Part shown: positions 26,558-38,865 of the stretch, piece by piece
Position numbering within the stretch: position 1 is the first letter of the stretch
How the letters are laid out: each line of letters begins with the position of its first letter
Assembly: GCF_036321535.1 (NCBI RefSeq)
Contig: NC_087436.1
Location: forward strand, 88,724,001 to 88,788,000
Source: Camelus dromedarius
Taxonomy: Eukaryota
DNA length: 64,000 nt
Direction of reading: 5' to 3'
Notes under the pieces: model-generated
Database searches by the model: none
The model's input: only the letters and a program-made list of their open reading frames with translations
What the model was told of the DNA's origin: nothing
Program-made: the position numbers and the translations under genes

Positions 26558-26980
26558 AGCAGAACTTCTTAACTTCTTTGTTCCAAGGATTTCTTTGGCA
26601 ATCTGGTGAAGCCTACAGGTGCCTTCTCAGAATGATACTTTGATGCTTAAAAGAAATTATACAGAGTCATAAAGGCAATTTTATTAAGATTCAGTAATCA
26701 AAATACTAGAAATATAAATTCATGATATAATAATATATATGTTTGTTTATCAGCACATTAAATGATATCCTGCAGTAGATCAATAACTGTAATTTTATAA
26801 CATGGATGAGCATAGATCATATTTTGAAATGCCTGCAATAACTATGTTGATATGAAAATAGCTATGATTTCTAATTTGTTTTTGTGATTGTTGCCTACAT
26901 TGATAATTTAGTTATGCTAAGTTTCAATTGTGGGTTAATGGAAATAGAGATGCTGTTTTTCTCCCATACAATTTCTTCAT
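26558..26980 (+). mobile_element. MER119/Charlie7-like hAT element
   Basis: cagaacttcttaacttctttg...ctttggcaatctggtgaagccta..ccttctcagaat matches the recalled consensus start. Confidence 0.7.
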
Positions 26981-26982
26981 AG

Positions 26983-27448
26983 TGTGAAGGAAAATACTGC
27001 AACCATATCAGTAAACAAAGAATGCTGAAATCAAGTCATCAGCGGCTGCCGCCACCCCACAGTGCGGACAGACCTGCAGCCCAGCCTCTGCAGCCACTCA
27101 CAATGGTGCACTCTGAGCAGACTCAGAATAAGAAAGGACAGGATACTGGCCTGAGATAGCTAGGTGCTTGTCAAAGGAATGAATTCAGTGAGCCCAAATG
27201 TTTGCTTCCTACCATACGTAGAAAAGCACTACATTCTTTAACCTGAGGTGCCTGGTTTTCTTTAGATAACAAGTAATCTTATAATGTTCCAACTACCTGG
27301 TCTTTGTTGTAAAGCTCCTGTATGTCCTAGCTCCTCCCCTACCTTTTCGGAGCAGTCTCTCAGAGCAATCTGAGAGGCTGTCATTCCAGGCTTGAGTCCT
27401 CCTGCCAAATAAAACATAACTCTTAACTTTTATTTATTTCAGTCGACA
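26983..27448 (+). mobile_element. ERV1-like solo LTR family 1, copy C (sense to CORIN)
   Basis: tgtgaaggaaaatactgc...cagtcgaca, the reverse complement of copies A, B and D; near-TSD atag/aaag; AATAAA at 27408-27413. Confidence 0.92.
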
Positions 27449-29247
27449 AAAGACAGCAGAAATTTTATGTCTGGGCCTGTTGTGGTCTTCAGATTATGAT
27501 TAAGGATACATACTCTAGAGGAAAATAGTGGGGTTTTTCTTGTTTTGTTTAGGGATTTTTTTGTGCCTAGGAGAGTCCTGCTACTTCATTAGGAATTTGC
27601 TACTCCGAAAGTTGCTGTAGTCATGACCCTGGACATCATCCCTTGTGTGCTCTGCTAGACTTCAGGATTCAAGTCCAGTCAGTTGAGCTCTCCATATACT
27701 AACTCATATTTTCTGGGCTTAAAGAACAGTTGTGAGATTCAGCCATGGGCTCTGGCTATGATCAACATCTAAGCAAGAATAAGTGAAGCATTTAAATAAT
27801 TGTTGCCTGCTTATTTAGTTAGCATGGTTGCATTCTAATGAAGAAGTACACAATTCTTGGGAGAGAGAGAAAGGAAGTTAGAATACAGGTTTGCACTCTC
27901 TCCCCTTGTTTCTTCCCTTTCTCCCTTCCTTCCTCTTCATTCCATCTGTAGATGACTCTGTCCCTGGGGTATATTGAGTTCCTCCTAGAGAGAGTGAACG
28001 CCATCATTTGCAGAGTTAGGCTTTTGACAGGGGTAATGGAACAGCGCCTGGTTCATTCTCCTTTGGCTACAGTCCTGTTCTTCCCTTCGCAAAGATTTCT
28101 GGGCAAGACTTCCAGACCCTCTCTCCAAAATGAATCCTGCCATCATATCCCACAGATGATATGTGCCCCCAAAGTTAATGTGCCCATAACACATTAGTAT
28201 AGTAAATGAGAGTCAAACAGTCATATCAAAAAGGCTTGTGGCTCAAAACTTTCCTCTCCAGATTCCTTATTACAGTGTCCTCTTCAGGAGGAACAGCCCA
28301 ATACCCTTGATCCATGTAGAGAAAACAAAAAAAGAGAAAACAGTAGTGTGCTGATAACAGCGTTGCAAAATCAATCCTGATCAAATTCAAGGAAAAACAT
28401 GATCTTTTAAAAACCAAATTCTCAGATAAATGTTAAAAAAATTAGATAATTTACTATACACTCTGGTTCTGAAAGAAAATTGGCACTTTATATATTCTTT
28501 TGCCTAAATCATTCAGTTTGCTGACTAGCTCAGGTTTTTGGTCTTTGTACAGTTTTGTGTTGAGATCAAGAACCCATCAATAGGAATCTGTTTGCTGTTA
28601 CTTGTGCCTTTGGAGAATATGCCTTTTCACTTACTTGTAGCTGAAACAAGTATGGTAATGACTTCCAAGCAGCTAAAAGCTTTGCATTGATTCACATTTG
28701 ATGCAAACCATTCCTTGTCTCTTGGTGTTCACATATTTTATTCTTCTATTTTGCTGCTCTGCATCATTAACCTAATACTTGCATGAGGTATTTGAATTGA
28801 TAAGACTCACAATACTTGTTTATGATTATGTTAATCGGTGTAAACTCACTCTGATGCCTATGTAAACTTCCAGGCTTTATGAGACATCTCAATTTCTGCC
28901 AGTCTAGGTTAATGTTCTAAAAAGCATCGTTTACTCATAAATAGCTATTTATTGGGTATCAGGCTCTGGAATTTGACTATGTAGATTATAATGGTGGATC
29001 AGACAGAAGCTCTGTCCTCAAGTAGCCAATTGTCTAGAACTGCCTTAAGACATGAACGTATTATTTATAACTTGAGAAATTCTGTGAGAGGTCCAGAGAT
29101 GGAAGAAAACACAATCCATTTCAATTCTCAGTTCTTTAAAACACAAGATTGCTAATTCATTCCATTTTTATTCTATAACAAATCCATCATTTTTCTAAAC
29201 ACCATCAAGTTCTATTTACAATTATAAAAGTAACTTTTAGTTTAAAG

Positions 29248-29579
29248 TGTGAAGGAAAAGCTGGGCTGGGCTAACAAGATAACTCACAAATCTAAGTATC
29301 GGAATACTGATCTGAGTTCTGCTGGACTAACTCGTAAATCTAAGTCAATTAGTGTTGGTTTGCTGCCTCCCTGCCTCCACTTTTGTGATAATGATGCTGC
29401 TAAACCTGTTCCATGCCTATTGGCCGAATACCCCAAGCTTGTACTTTACCCTATAAAACCTCATGCGCATGTCTTGGAGGTGCTCAGAGCTTTGGAGCAG
29501 AAGCCCCTCTGAGCCCGCTGGCGTAATACATCTGAGTACTCCTACCCTCCGAGTGGTGCTTGTTTCTTGGCTGGCCTGT
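29248..29579 (+). mobile_element. ERV1-like solo LTR family 2, shorter copy (sense to CORIN)
   Basis: Reverse complement of 24050-24513 with internal deletions; TSD aaag; TATAAAA at about 29452. Confidence 0.88.
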
Positions 29580-30149
29580 AAAGGTCAGGCTTAAGAGTTT
29601 CCATTTTTAATCAGATCTTGCTGTTTCAGTGTTAGATTCAAAACCTGATTCATAATAGATAACTAGCTTAAATAAATTGAACAGAGCTTTTAGTTTTCAA
29701 TTTTATGGGAAGGCCAACCATCCTTTTATAGGTACTAATGAGAATTTTATCCCCTCAGGAAGTGGGAGGGCTGGAATTCTACAATTCCCTCCTTGGAATT
29801 ACTTTCCAATGTTTTCATTGTTAAGTAATCAAATGCAGAAAGTTTGTTTCTGCTGTAGTTGTATGTTTATGAATGTGCCCTGGACAAAGGCTTTTAGGGT
29901 ATACATTTCAGGAGACTGATTTACGATGACCTGATGGCTGTTAAGCCACAGTGACTTTGTTACCATATTATGTGTCCTTTAAAGTCAAAAAAAATAGAAA
30001 AGACAATATGGGTAGGTTGCCATGGGAAAGAAATGAAGACCTTAAATAAAAAATCTTTGCTTATTCTAGAGTTTGGGGATGGCCACGTGTGGTCACGTTA
30101 CAGCCATTCACGAGAGTCAGGGAAGCAGGTAATGAGTGGGGACACATCT

Positions 30150-31410
30150 AGCACCGTGGGTGTTCAAGCAGGGACCTGTGCTCCCTTTCTTCTTTCCTGT
30201 TTCTCCCTTTTGGAATGGGAATGTCTATCCCATGTCTGTCCCACCATTTTATGTTGGAATCATATAGGTTGTCTGGTTTCACAGGTTCACAGCTGGAGGG
30301 GAATTTTGCCTTAGGATTGTTGCCCAAAAGGGAAACAGAAAAGACCCCAATTCTTGTCTTATCGGAAAGATAAGACTTACAGATGGGAGACAGAGCATTG
30401 TGCAGCAAAAGGATTTTAAAAGATTTATTTAGGAAAAGAAGAGTGTACGTCCAAGAACAGGAGGCGCTGATTCAAGGAGGAATCGTGGCGGTCTTGGTCT
30501 CCCCTTTCTCTTACATCCTCGCTTAGGGGTGGTCTTTTGACTGATAGATGGCTCTTGTCACTGGAATGCTTAGTCACGTTTAGTCCCTTTGAACATGTCC
30601 TTACCCATGATGTACATAGTAAAACCTGTGGGGTAGGGGTGGGGCTAAATCACAATGTTTATACAATGAACATCGGGTTAAGTCCTTTCTGCTACCATGC
30701 CGTTGAGGCTGTCACGTTCTAAATGGTTTCTTGCTGGCACTCATTTAGGAAAAGTCAAGTCCTTTTTTGCTGGAGGCGGGCATAACGCCACCTTCTGGAC
30801 CATTCTCCCTCTCCTCTACCTATCTGCCCAGTGCCCCCACTTATCTAACTACCTAACGGGTTGAATCATACCTTGAATCTCACCCATATCTGATGTGGGT
30901 GATATTTAGAAGGGACTTTGGACATTAGACTTCAGAGTTCATGCTAGAATGACTTGAGACTTTTGGGGCTGTTGGGGTGGAGTGAATATATTTCACATGT
31001 GAGAAGGACATGAATTTTGGGGGCCAGGGTTAGAATATTGTCAGTTGAATATCTGTGTCCCTCCAACATTAATATGTTGAAGCCCTGCCCCTGCAATATG
31101 AGGGTATTTGGAGATGAGATCTTTGGGAGGTAGTAAGGGTTGGATGGGGTCATGAGGTAGGACCCTCATGATGAGATTAGTGCCCTTATAGAAGGAGACA
31201 CCAGAAAGCTTGCTCTCCCTTTCCATGCTTGTACAAAAAGAGGTCACACAGTGAGAAGACAGTCCGAGGGGAGAGCTTTCACCGTAATTAACCATGTTGT
31301 CATCCTGATCGTAGACTTCCAGCCTCCAGAACTGTGAGGAAATACATTTCTGTTTTTTAAGCCACGGTAGCTGTGGTGTTTCGTTAGGGCAGCCTGAGCA
31401 GACTAATACA
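30150..31410 (+). mobile_element. MLT1A-like MaLR internal 3' part plus LTR (LTR about 31036-31410), interrupted by a younger LTR
   Basis: ggaatgggaatgtctatcc...gagaaggacatgaattttgggggccaggg, then an LTR ending gcagcctgagcagactaataca. Confidence 0.85.
30318..30858 (-). mobile_element. Solo ERV LTR (third family) nested in the MaLR internal sequence
   Basis: TG start, ends ctaacg (ca decayed); near-TSD ggat/ggtt; minus-strand AATAAA at about 30424; the MaLR sequence resumes after it. Confidence 0.75.
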
Positions 31411-32549
31411 AACTTCACTTATAAATGCAAAACGAAATGAGATATCAGCAACTGAACCTAGTAACACCTAAAAATATATTGTATCTTAATGAAATAGGCC
31501 TTATTGTGGAAATGCTAGAAGAGCTTAATATTAGACACTTTATGTATCTCCTCATTTAATTAATGAAGTACATCTCTCTTTTATTGATCATCTCAATTGC
31601 TGAAGCAAAAACATTTGTTAAAATTTGACACTTACTAAAAAAAGGAAGAAAATTTCTTTAATCTGATAAGGAATAGCTCCCCAAAACCTGGATGCTTTGA
31701 AATCATTTATAATCATAAAAGAATGGAAACATCCTAAATATCCAATAGTAAGAAATTATTTTAAAAAGACATGATATAGCTAAGCAATACTGTAAGATAC
31801 ATTTGGGAAAACGCATAAGGGAGATCTTTGTAAAGTGATATATACAGTGATCGGTAAACTAATTAGTGAATCAATAAATCAAGGTACAAAACAGTGTATA
31901 AAATATGATACCTTTTGTATGAGAAATGAAAAGGGGAAATATATATTATTTAATGTTAAATATAATTTATACTTAATTTATATAATATAATTTAATTTAT
32001 ATTATAATTAATTATATAAAATTTAATATATATATTAAAAAATAAACAGTAGACGTATACACCAAAAACTAAGAAAAATGTTTTCTATTGAAGGAAGAGA
32101 GATGGGAAGGAGGTGACAGGGATGCAAACAGGACATCTCTAAATGTACTTTTCATGTATTTTTGATATCAGGTAAATGAATTACTTAATAATTATACCAG
32201 AGGGAAAATTCAGTAAAAATTGAAAACAAAGCAACAAATTATTTTAACTGTATTTCAAAGTTGATGATTTGACCATCCAAAATAGAAGAATTATTCCAAC
32301 TGATCTTGAACAGAGTATTTTTTTAGACACTTGTCTTTTTTTTTTTTTAAATAATATTACTTTTGTAATAACATTCAGCTTTATCACAAAACCCCACACG
32401 CATTCAGGCTTCTTGTATATTTGAACAGAATATTTTGATTTTACATCCCTGGTGGCATGTACTCTAAGCACCAAAAAAATTGCAAAGGAAGTTTAAACTT
32501 CAATAAGTATTCTTCCCCCCACCACCCCAGCATTACTGAGGAAAATTTT

Positions 32550-32678
32550 GACAAAGGTAATTGTATATATTTAAAGTGTACACTGTAATGATTTGATATA
32601 CATATATATTCTAAAATGATTATCAAGATCAAGATAATTAACACATTCATCACCTTATATAGTTAACTCTTTATGTGT

Positions 32679-32720
<42 letters not shown>

Positions 32721-34503
32721 TGAGAATGCTTAAAATTTACTCTCAGCAGATTTCACGTATATAGTACAATATTGCTAACTGTAGTCACCATGCTGCACAT
32801 TATATCCTCAGAACTTACTCATCTTGAGACTGGAAATTTGTACACTTTGACCTGCATCTTCCCATTACGCCTCCTCCCCTCCTGCTCCTGGCAACCACTA
32901 TTCCACTTTGTTTCTATGCAACTTTTAAAATAAAGATTCCATATATAAATGACACCATATAGAATTTGTCTTTGGTTTATTTCATTTAGCATCATGCCTT
33001 CTGGGTTAATTCCTTTTGTTACAAATAACAGGATTTTCTTTTTTATGGTTGACATGTATATCTAATATATGGCTGATTATATATATGTGTGTGTATATAT
33101 ACACATATATATATAAAATCTCCCACAAATTCTTTTTTTAACATCTTTATTGCGGTATGATTCCTGTACAATAAACTACACATATTTCAAATGTATAATT
33201 TGATGAATTTTGATAGATGTATACACCAAATGAAACCACCACCACAATCAAGATAGATAACATTTCTATCACTCCCCAAGAGATGCATTTCAAATTTCCA
33301 ATTTATCCCTTCCCACCACCTTTACCCTCTGGTAACCATAAGTTTGTTCTCTGTGTCTGCGAGTCTTTTCTGTTTTGTAGATAAGTTCATTTGTGGCCTT
33401 GTTTTTAGATTCCACACATAAGCAACATCATATGGTACTCTTCCTTCTTCCTCTGGCTTACTTCACTTAGAATTGCAATCTCCAGGTCCATCCATGTTGC
33501 TGCAAGTGGCATTATTTTATTCTTTTTATGGCTGAGTGATATTCCATTGCATATATATACCACGTATTCATCTAGTCATCTGTCAATGGCCATTTGGGTT
33601 GTTTCCATGTCTTGGCTATTATAAATAGTGCTGCTGTGAACATTGGGATGCATGTCTTTTTGAATTGTATTTTCCTCTGGATATATGCCCAGGAGTTTAT
33701 ATCCCACCATTTCTTTATCCATTTATCCACAGATGGACATTTAGTTGTTTCCATGTCTTGGCTATTTTAAATAATGCTGCAGTGAACATGGGGCTGGATA
33801 TATCATTTGAGTTAGTATTTTTCTTTTCCTTTGGGTAGATACCCAGAAGTGAAATTGCTGAATCACGTGGTAGTTCTACTTTTAATTTTTTGAGGAAACT
33901 CTGTACTGTTTTCTATAGTGGCTGCACCAATTTACATTCCCACCAACAGTGTACAAGGGTTCCCATTTCTCTATGTTCCCACCAAAAGTGTACAAGGGTT
34001 CCCATTTCTCTGCATGCTCACCAACACTTGTTATCTCTTATCTTTGATAATAGCTATCCTAACAGATGTGAAGTGATATCTCACTGTGCTTTTAATTTGC
34101 ATTTCTTGATGATTAGTGATGTTGAGTATCTTTTCATCTATTTTTTGGCTATTTGTATGTCTTCTTTGGAAAAATGTTTATTCAGGTCCTCTGCCTATGT
34201 TTAAATTCGATTATTTGGGCTTTTTTGGCTGCTGAATTGTGAGTTCCTTGTAGATTTTGAAGTTTAACCCCTTATCAGATACATGATTTGTAAATATATT
34301 CTCTTTTTCCATAGGTTGTCTTTTCAAGCTTTTTAGTTTGATGTAGTTCCACTTGTTTATTTAGCTATTGTTGCCTGTCCTTTTGGCATCTTTTCCAAAA
34401 AAATCATTGCTAAGACCAATGCAAAGAAGCTTTTTTCCTATGTTTTCTTAAGGAATTCTATGGTTTAAGGTCTTATATTTAAATCTTTAACCCATTTCAA
34501 GTT
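32550..34503 (-). mobile_element. L1MA9-like element with (GT)n at about 32675-32719 and a nested younger L1 piece (about 33136-33696)
   Basis: Antisense L1 3' UTR and ORF2 tail (minus ORF ...MFTAALFIIAKTWKQPKW); the gatggacattt..ttgtttccatgtcttggctatt motif occurs twice, showing nesting. Confidence 0.85.
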
Positions 34504-35849
34504 TTCATTAGGTAGTCTTATTATTATATTGAGATTGTTATTTTGAAACATTGTTTGCAGATTATAGAAGAAAGTGAATAAAGGTTTATATTCATGCTGC
34601 CAGAAACCAACGTTTTCAATGTAAGATAAAAGAGGAGTTTATCATTTCTAAATATTTTTGTGTTAATATTTTTAATGTTGTAGTGTCATTTTATTTTAGT
34701 CCATTGTTTTTTTCTTTTGTCTTTGAGTTCCTGCTTTGTTAAACTCATTTTCTTTTGCTTTCTTATAATATATAGCATTTTTAAAGGTTTGTATTCTCTG
34801 TTTCTGGGTTATGTTTTCTTTCCTGTGGGTTTTTAATCAGTCTTTTGTTCTTCCTCCTCTTCCTCTTAATCCATTATCTGTTGGAAAAATGTGCAACCAT
34901 TAAAAATAATGTTGTGAAAGAATACATACAGATATATGGAAATGTTCAAGGCACATTAGTGAGTGGATAAGCAGGCTACTAATTAATACATGCATTGCAT
35001 ATGTACAATGCATTATTACGTTAAATACGTTCATGTTGTGTTAAGTAATATACAGTATATCTTTTGAAGGAAAAAAAGACTAATGAAATAATAAGTCAAA
35101 TTTATTGTGTGCCAAGTATTATACTATATACCTTACATGAAAACTCTATTAAGTAGATACTATTAATATCCCTGTGTTACTGTAAAGAAATTAACGTTGA
35201 GAGAGTTTAAGTATTATCTATAAAGGTAGTGAGTAAGGAAGCTGGAAGCTGTGTCTAGGTCATTTGACTTCAGTAATGATACACATCCAAACACTTACAA
35301 TGGTTATCTATGAGTCATGGTAGTATAGATAACTTTTTATATTCTTCTTTGCGTAACTCTGTATTTCCCACATATTTTACCTTTCACAAGCACTTATGGC
35401 CTTGTAATAAAATAACTGTTAAAAGTCCTAAACAATAATATGTACAGACTGCATAATGATATCACCATTATAATTATTTTAAAATAAATTTCCACTTCTG
35501 CTTACCTCATTTCACTGCTTAATTACATAGGCAATTTTGCATATCTTATAATAGTAGGAATTTAGTCAAGATTTACATAGACTATGGAAATATAGGCAGC
35601 AAATATATAGTTTAAAGTTCTGCTATCAGAATAATTCAATAATGTTATTTAACTTAAATTATATCATTTTTCTTTCTTAGTTCCTTTATGCATCCAAGGT
35701 ATAGGGTTCTTTTCTTTTTTCTTTTTCAAACTTCAAAATTTGAAAGATGCTCTTATTTCTCTCTGTTTTTGAGCAAGGAAGGCTGTTAACCACTAGGTTT
35801 CTTGTTTCTATAGGAATAAATAAGTACTGTAGCCAGTGCTACTCAACTT

Positions 35850-36900
35850 CCAAAATTTTGAGCCAATATAAAGAAGCCTTTAAAGAAAGAAGGCTCTTAC
35901 ACCCTTTTTCAATATTATTAAAGATTTCAAGTTTACATTACATAATCACCATAACTTCTTGCATCCTGCTTCTTCCTTCTGGGTTAAATTCTCTCCTTAG
36001 TTAAATATACTCCTGGGAAGTCTTTCAGTGGAAACTATTCCAGTTTTTGTTTGTCAAACATTATCTTTTTTTTCACCCTCAATTTTGATTGGCCAGATAA
36101 CAGAATTCGTGATTGACAGTTTTTTTCTCTCTCATCAATTTAAAAAATGTATTCCACCTTTCTCTGGACTCTTGCGATGCTATCAGAAATTTTAATGCAA
36201 ATTAAAATTTTGTTTCCTTGTGGGCAACTGGCATTTTGTCTTTGAATGCTTAAAAAAATTTTTTTGCCTTAACTGATTTCACTATAATGATTATATTGTA
36301 GATTTCTTTTTATATATCTTGTCTAGAAGGCGTACTTCTTAAATCTGAGGATTCAGATCTTCAGTTTGAGAACATTCTCAGCTATTAGTCCTATGAATAT
36401 ATCTTCACTCCTGACTTTTATATTCTCTCTTTCTGGTACTGTAATTACTCCTATGCTGGACATTCTCATCCATTCTCTGTAAATCTCTGAGCTGAAATCA
36501 GGTGTATTTTCTCAGACTTATCTTTTAATTCTTTAACTCTCTTCAGCAGTGTCTAATACTCTATTTTAATCTATTCACTGAATTTTAAATTATAATATTG
36601 ATACATATTTTTCATTTCTAGAGGTTCTATTTGGTTTATTTTCACATCTAGTTCTTTATTTATGTGTGTGTGTCATTCTTTTCAAATGGTTTTAATTACT
36701 ACATTTTTTGTCTTCAATTTTATTCATATTTGTTTAATAGCCTCTGTCAGATTGTTCAATTGTCTGAAGTTCTCATTCTTCCATTATAGCTGCTGGTTAT
36801 GACTAATGACTTATTCTTTCTCCTAGGGGATTGATTTCTGTTTATTTTATGACTTTGCATTATTAACTTTCTTGGATTCAGGCATGTCATTTTAGGACAA
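35850..36900 (-). mobile_element. Highly diverged old L1 (L1ME-like)
   Basis: T-rich tract with antisense L1 motifs (ttcatttctagaggttctatttggttt). Confidence 0.55.
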
Positions 36901-38632
36901 TTTTGTGTTTGGTTTGACCAGGCACACTCATGTATCACTGTCCCGGGCCAAATTTTATGTTAATTTCCAGCTCGCAGGAACTCTTGGATCACATGTGTAG
37001 TTGTAACTTCAAACCCTTGGGAGGGCCAGGGCTATAGTAAAAAGTGCCCAAAGAAAGGTTTTTGTTTCAAATCAGAGTCTAGGGAGAGTCAGACAAGCTC
37101 CCTCATCATACAACTGAGCTAGTTGGGTCCCTGTTTTTTGGGAGGGTCTTGATTCCTATTATACTTCCTATGGATTCAAAGCCTCATCTCTTTACTGAGA
37201 CTGATGACTTCCTCCAAGACAGGACCATTGTAATATCTGTTCATGGGATGTTCACCCATATACTGTTCACTCCTGTGATGTCATTTCATGTACTCACTGC
37301 TCTTATTTTCAGCTCACTGCTGCATTTCTGTAATCTTGAGATTTCCTTTTCTTTATGGAGATTTCAGCTGTTTACATAAAAGAAGTTTGTTTTATTTTAC
37401 CAAATATCTCTGGAGGTTTATAATGGGTGGGCTTTCAGATTACTAGTGAATAATATTTCAGAATTCCTTCTTCAAAAGAAACGTTTTACATAGAAATTTT
37501 TAATCACGCACGAAAGTAGAAAGAATAATACAATGAATGATTTGACATTGCCCTCGTGTTGGGTGTTCCTTGCCTTCCACTGCACCCTTCAGCTCTCCAT
37601 CTCTCTAGGTTAACATTGTATTTGACCCATTTCAATCTGGGGCAGTCGTACTCATTTTGACTCTGCTTCTTTGCTATTCCAACTCTGGTCATTCATTTCC
37701 ATGTTTATTTAAACTTCCTATGTTTCTCTTTTTTGATTTAATTATCCCAGATCTCTCTATTCCAGTTACTGTCATTTCCATCCTAACATGAAAAAGTCAG
37801 GCAGTGGAAAAGTTTCAGAACTTTTTCAAGGCCAGGTTTCACATACAGTCCTATTTTTTTTTTATAAATCATCTGACAGATGAATTGATATTATCTACTC
37901 TGGTAACAAATAGGAAGAAACTATCCCAAAATTTCTTATTAGTATCTTTTTGATAAAGAAGAAAGACTTTTTTTAATGACAAAGATTTGTCTTCAGTTAT
38001 AATCTAAATTCCCCTAATCTATCTGCTCTAGAGACATAATATAGCCATTAATGTTTTGTTGAGACACTCTCTATAGATCAAGATCTCAAAATGACTCACT
38101 CATGATGGACTGGCCTTGCTCTGTTCACTATAATTTAGAAGCAGGTATAAGGCAGCAAACGTTTCAGCACAATGGTTGGAACACTGTTATTAGATCATAC
38201 TTTCTGTCCTGGCTAACCTTGGGAAGTAAGGGCTACTTACAAGGGCAGGACATGGGCTCCTCACCAGTCCCAAGTGTGGGCAGTCTCCCTGGAGAAATGC
38301 ATGACTCTGCAAGCTGGAGTTGGAATGCAGAGTGCAGAGACATCTGGTTTCCCAGGAAGAGGCACTGTTGTTATGCAATGTTTGAATGTGTGGACAAAGC
38401 CAGGGATGCGTGTGGGTTTGGTCATCTCTGCCTCTGACACCTTAAAGTCATATAAAAAGACAGAAGTCCTCTGACTGAATTGGAGGCCCCAACATTCTTA
38501 AACTAATCACCTTTAGTTCTTAGCAAAAGTTATAGAGAGATCCTGAGACTGCTGCTCAAATATCCCTATGCGGGGATAGGGCTATTTGAGAGTTTTAGAG
38601 GTTCCTGGAGGGATGACTCCTCCTCTGGTCAT

Positions 38633-38865
38633 CAGCTGGCTTCCTGAGCATGCAAAGCCATGTCATTGCACAGAGCCCAGTGAGTAGAAGGACTCCATAC
38701 TTCGTCTAATGTTCTGCTGTTGCCTTGTTAAAATTACTGATTATAATATAAATATAAATAGTATGGATGCTATAATATAAATAAAATATAAAAATAATTT
38801 TGGACCAAGGGGCCCCACATTTTCATTTTATCCTGAGTTTGCCCAAATTATGCAGCCCATTCTGC
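38633..38865 (+). mobile_element. MER45-like hAT-Tip100 element
   Basis: gctggcttcctgagcatgc...aaggggccccacattttcatttt...caaattatgcagcc. Confidence 0.75.
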
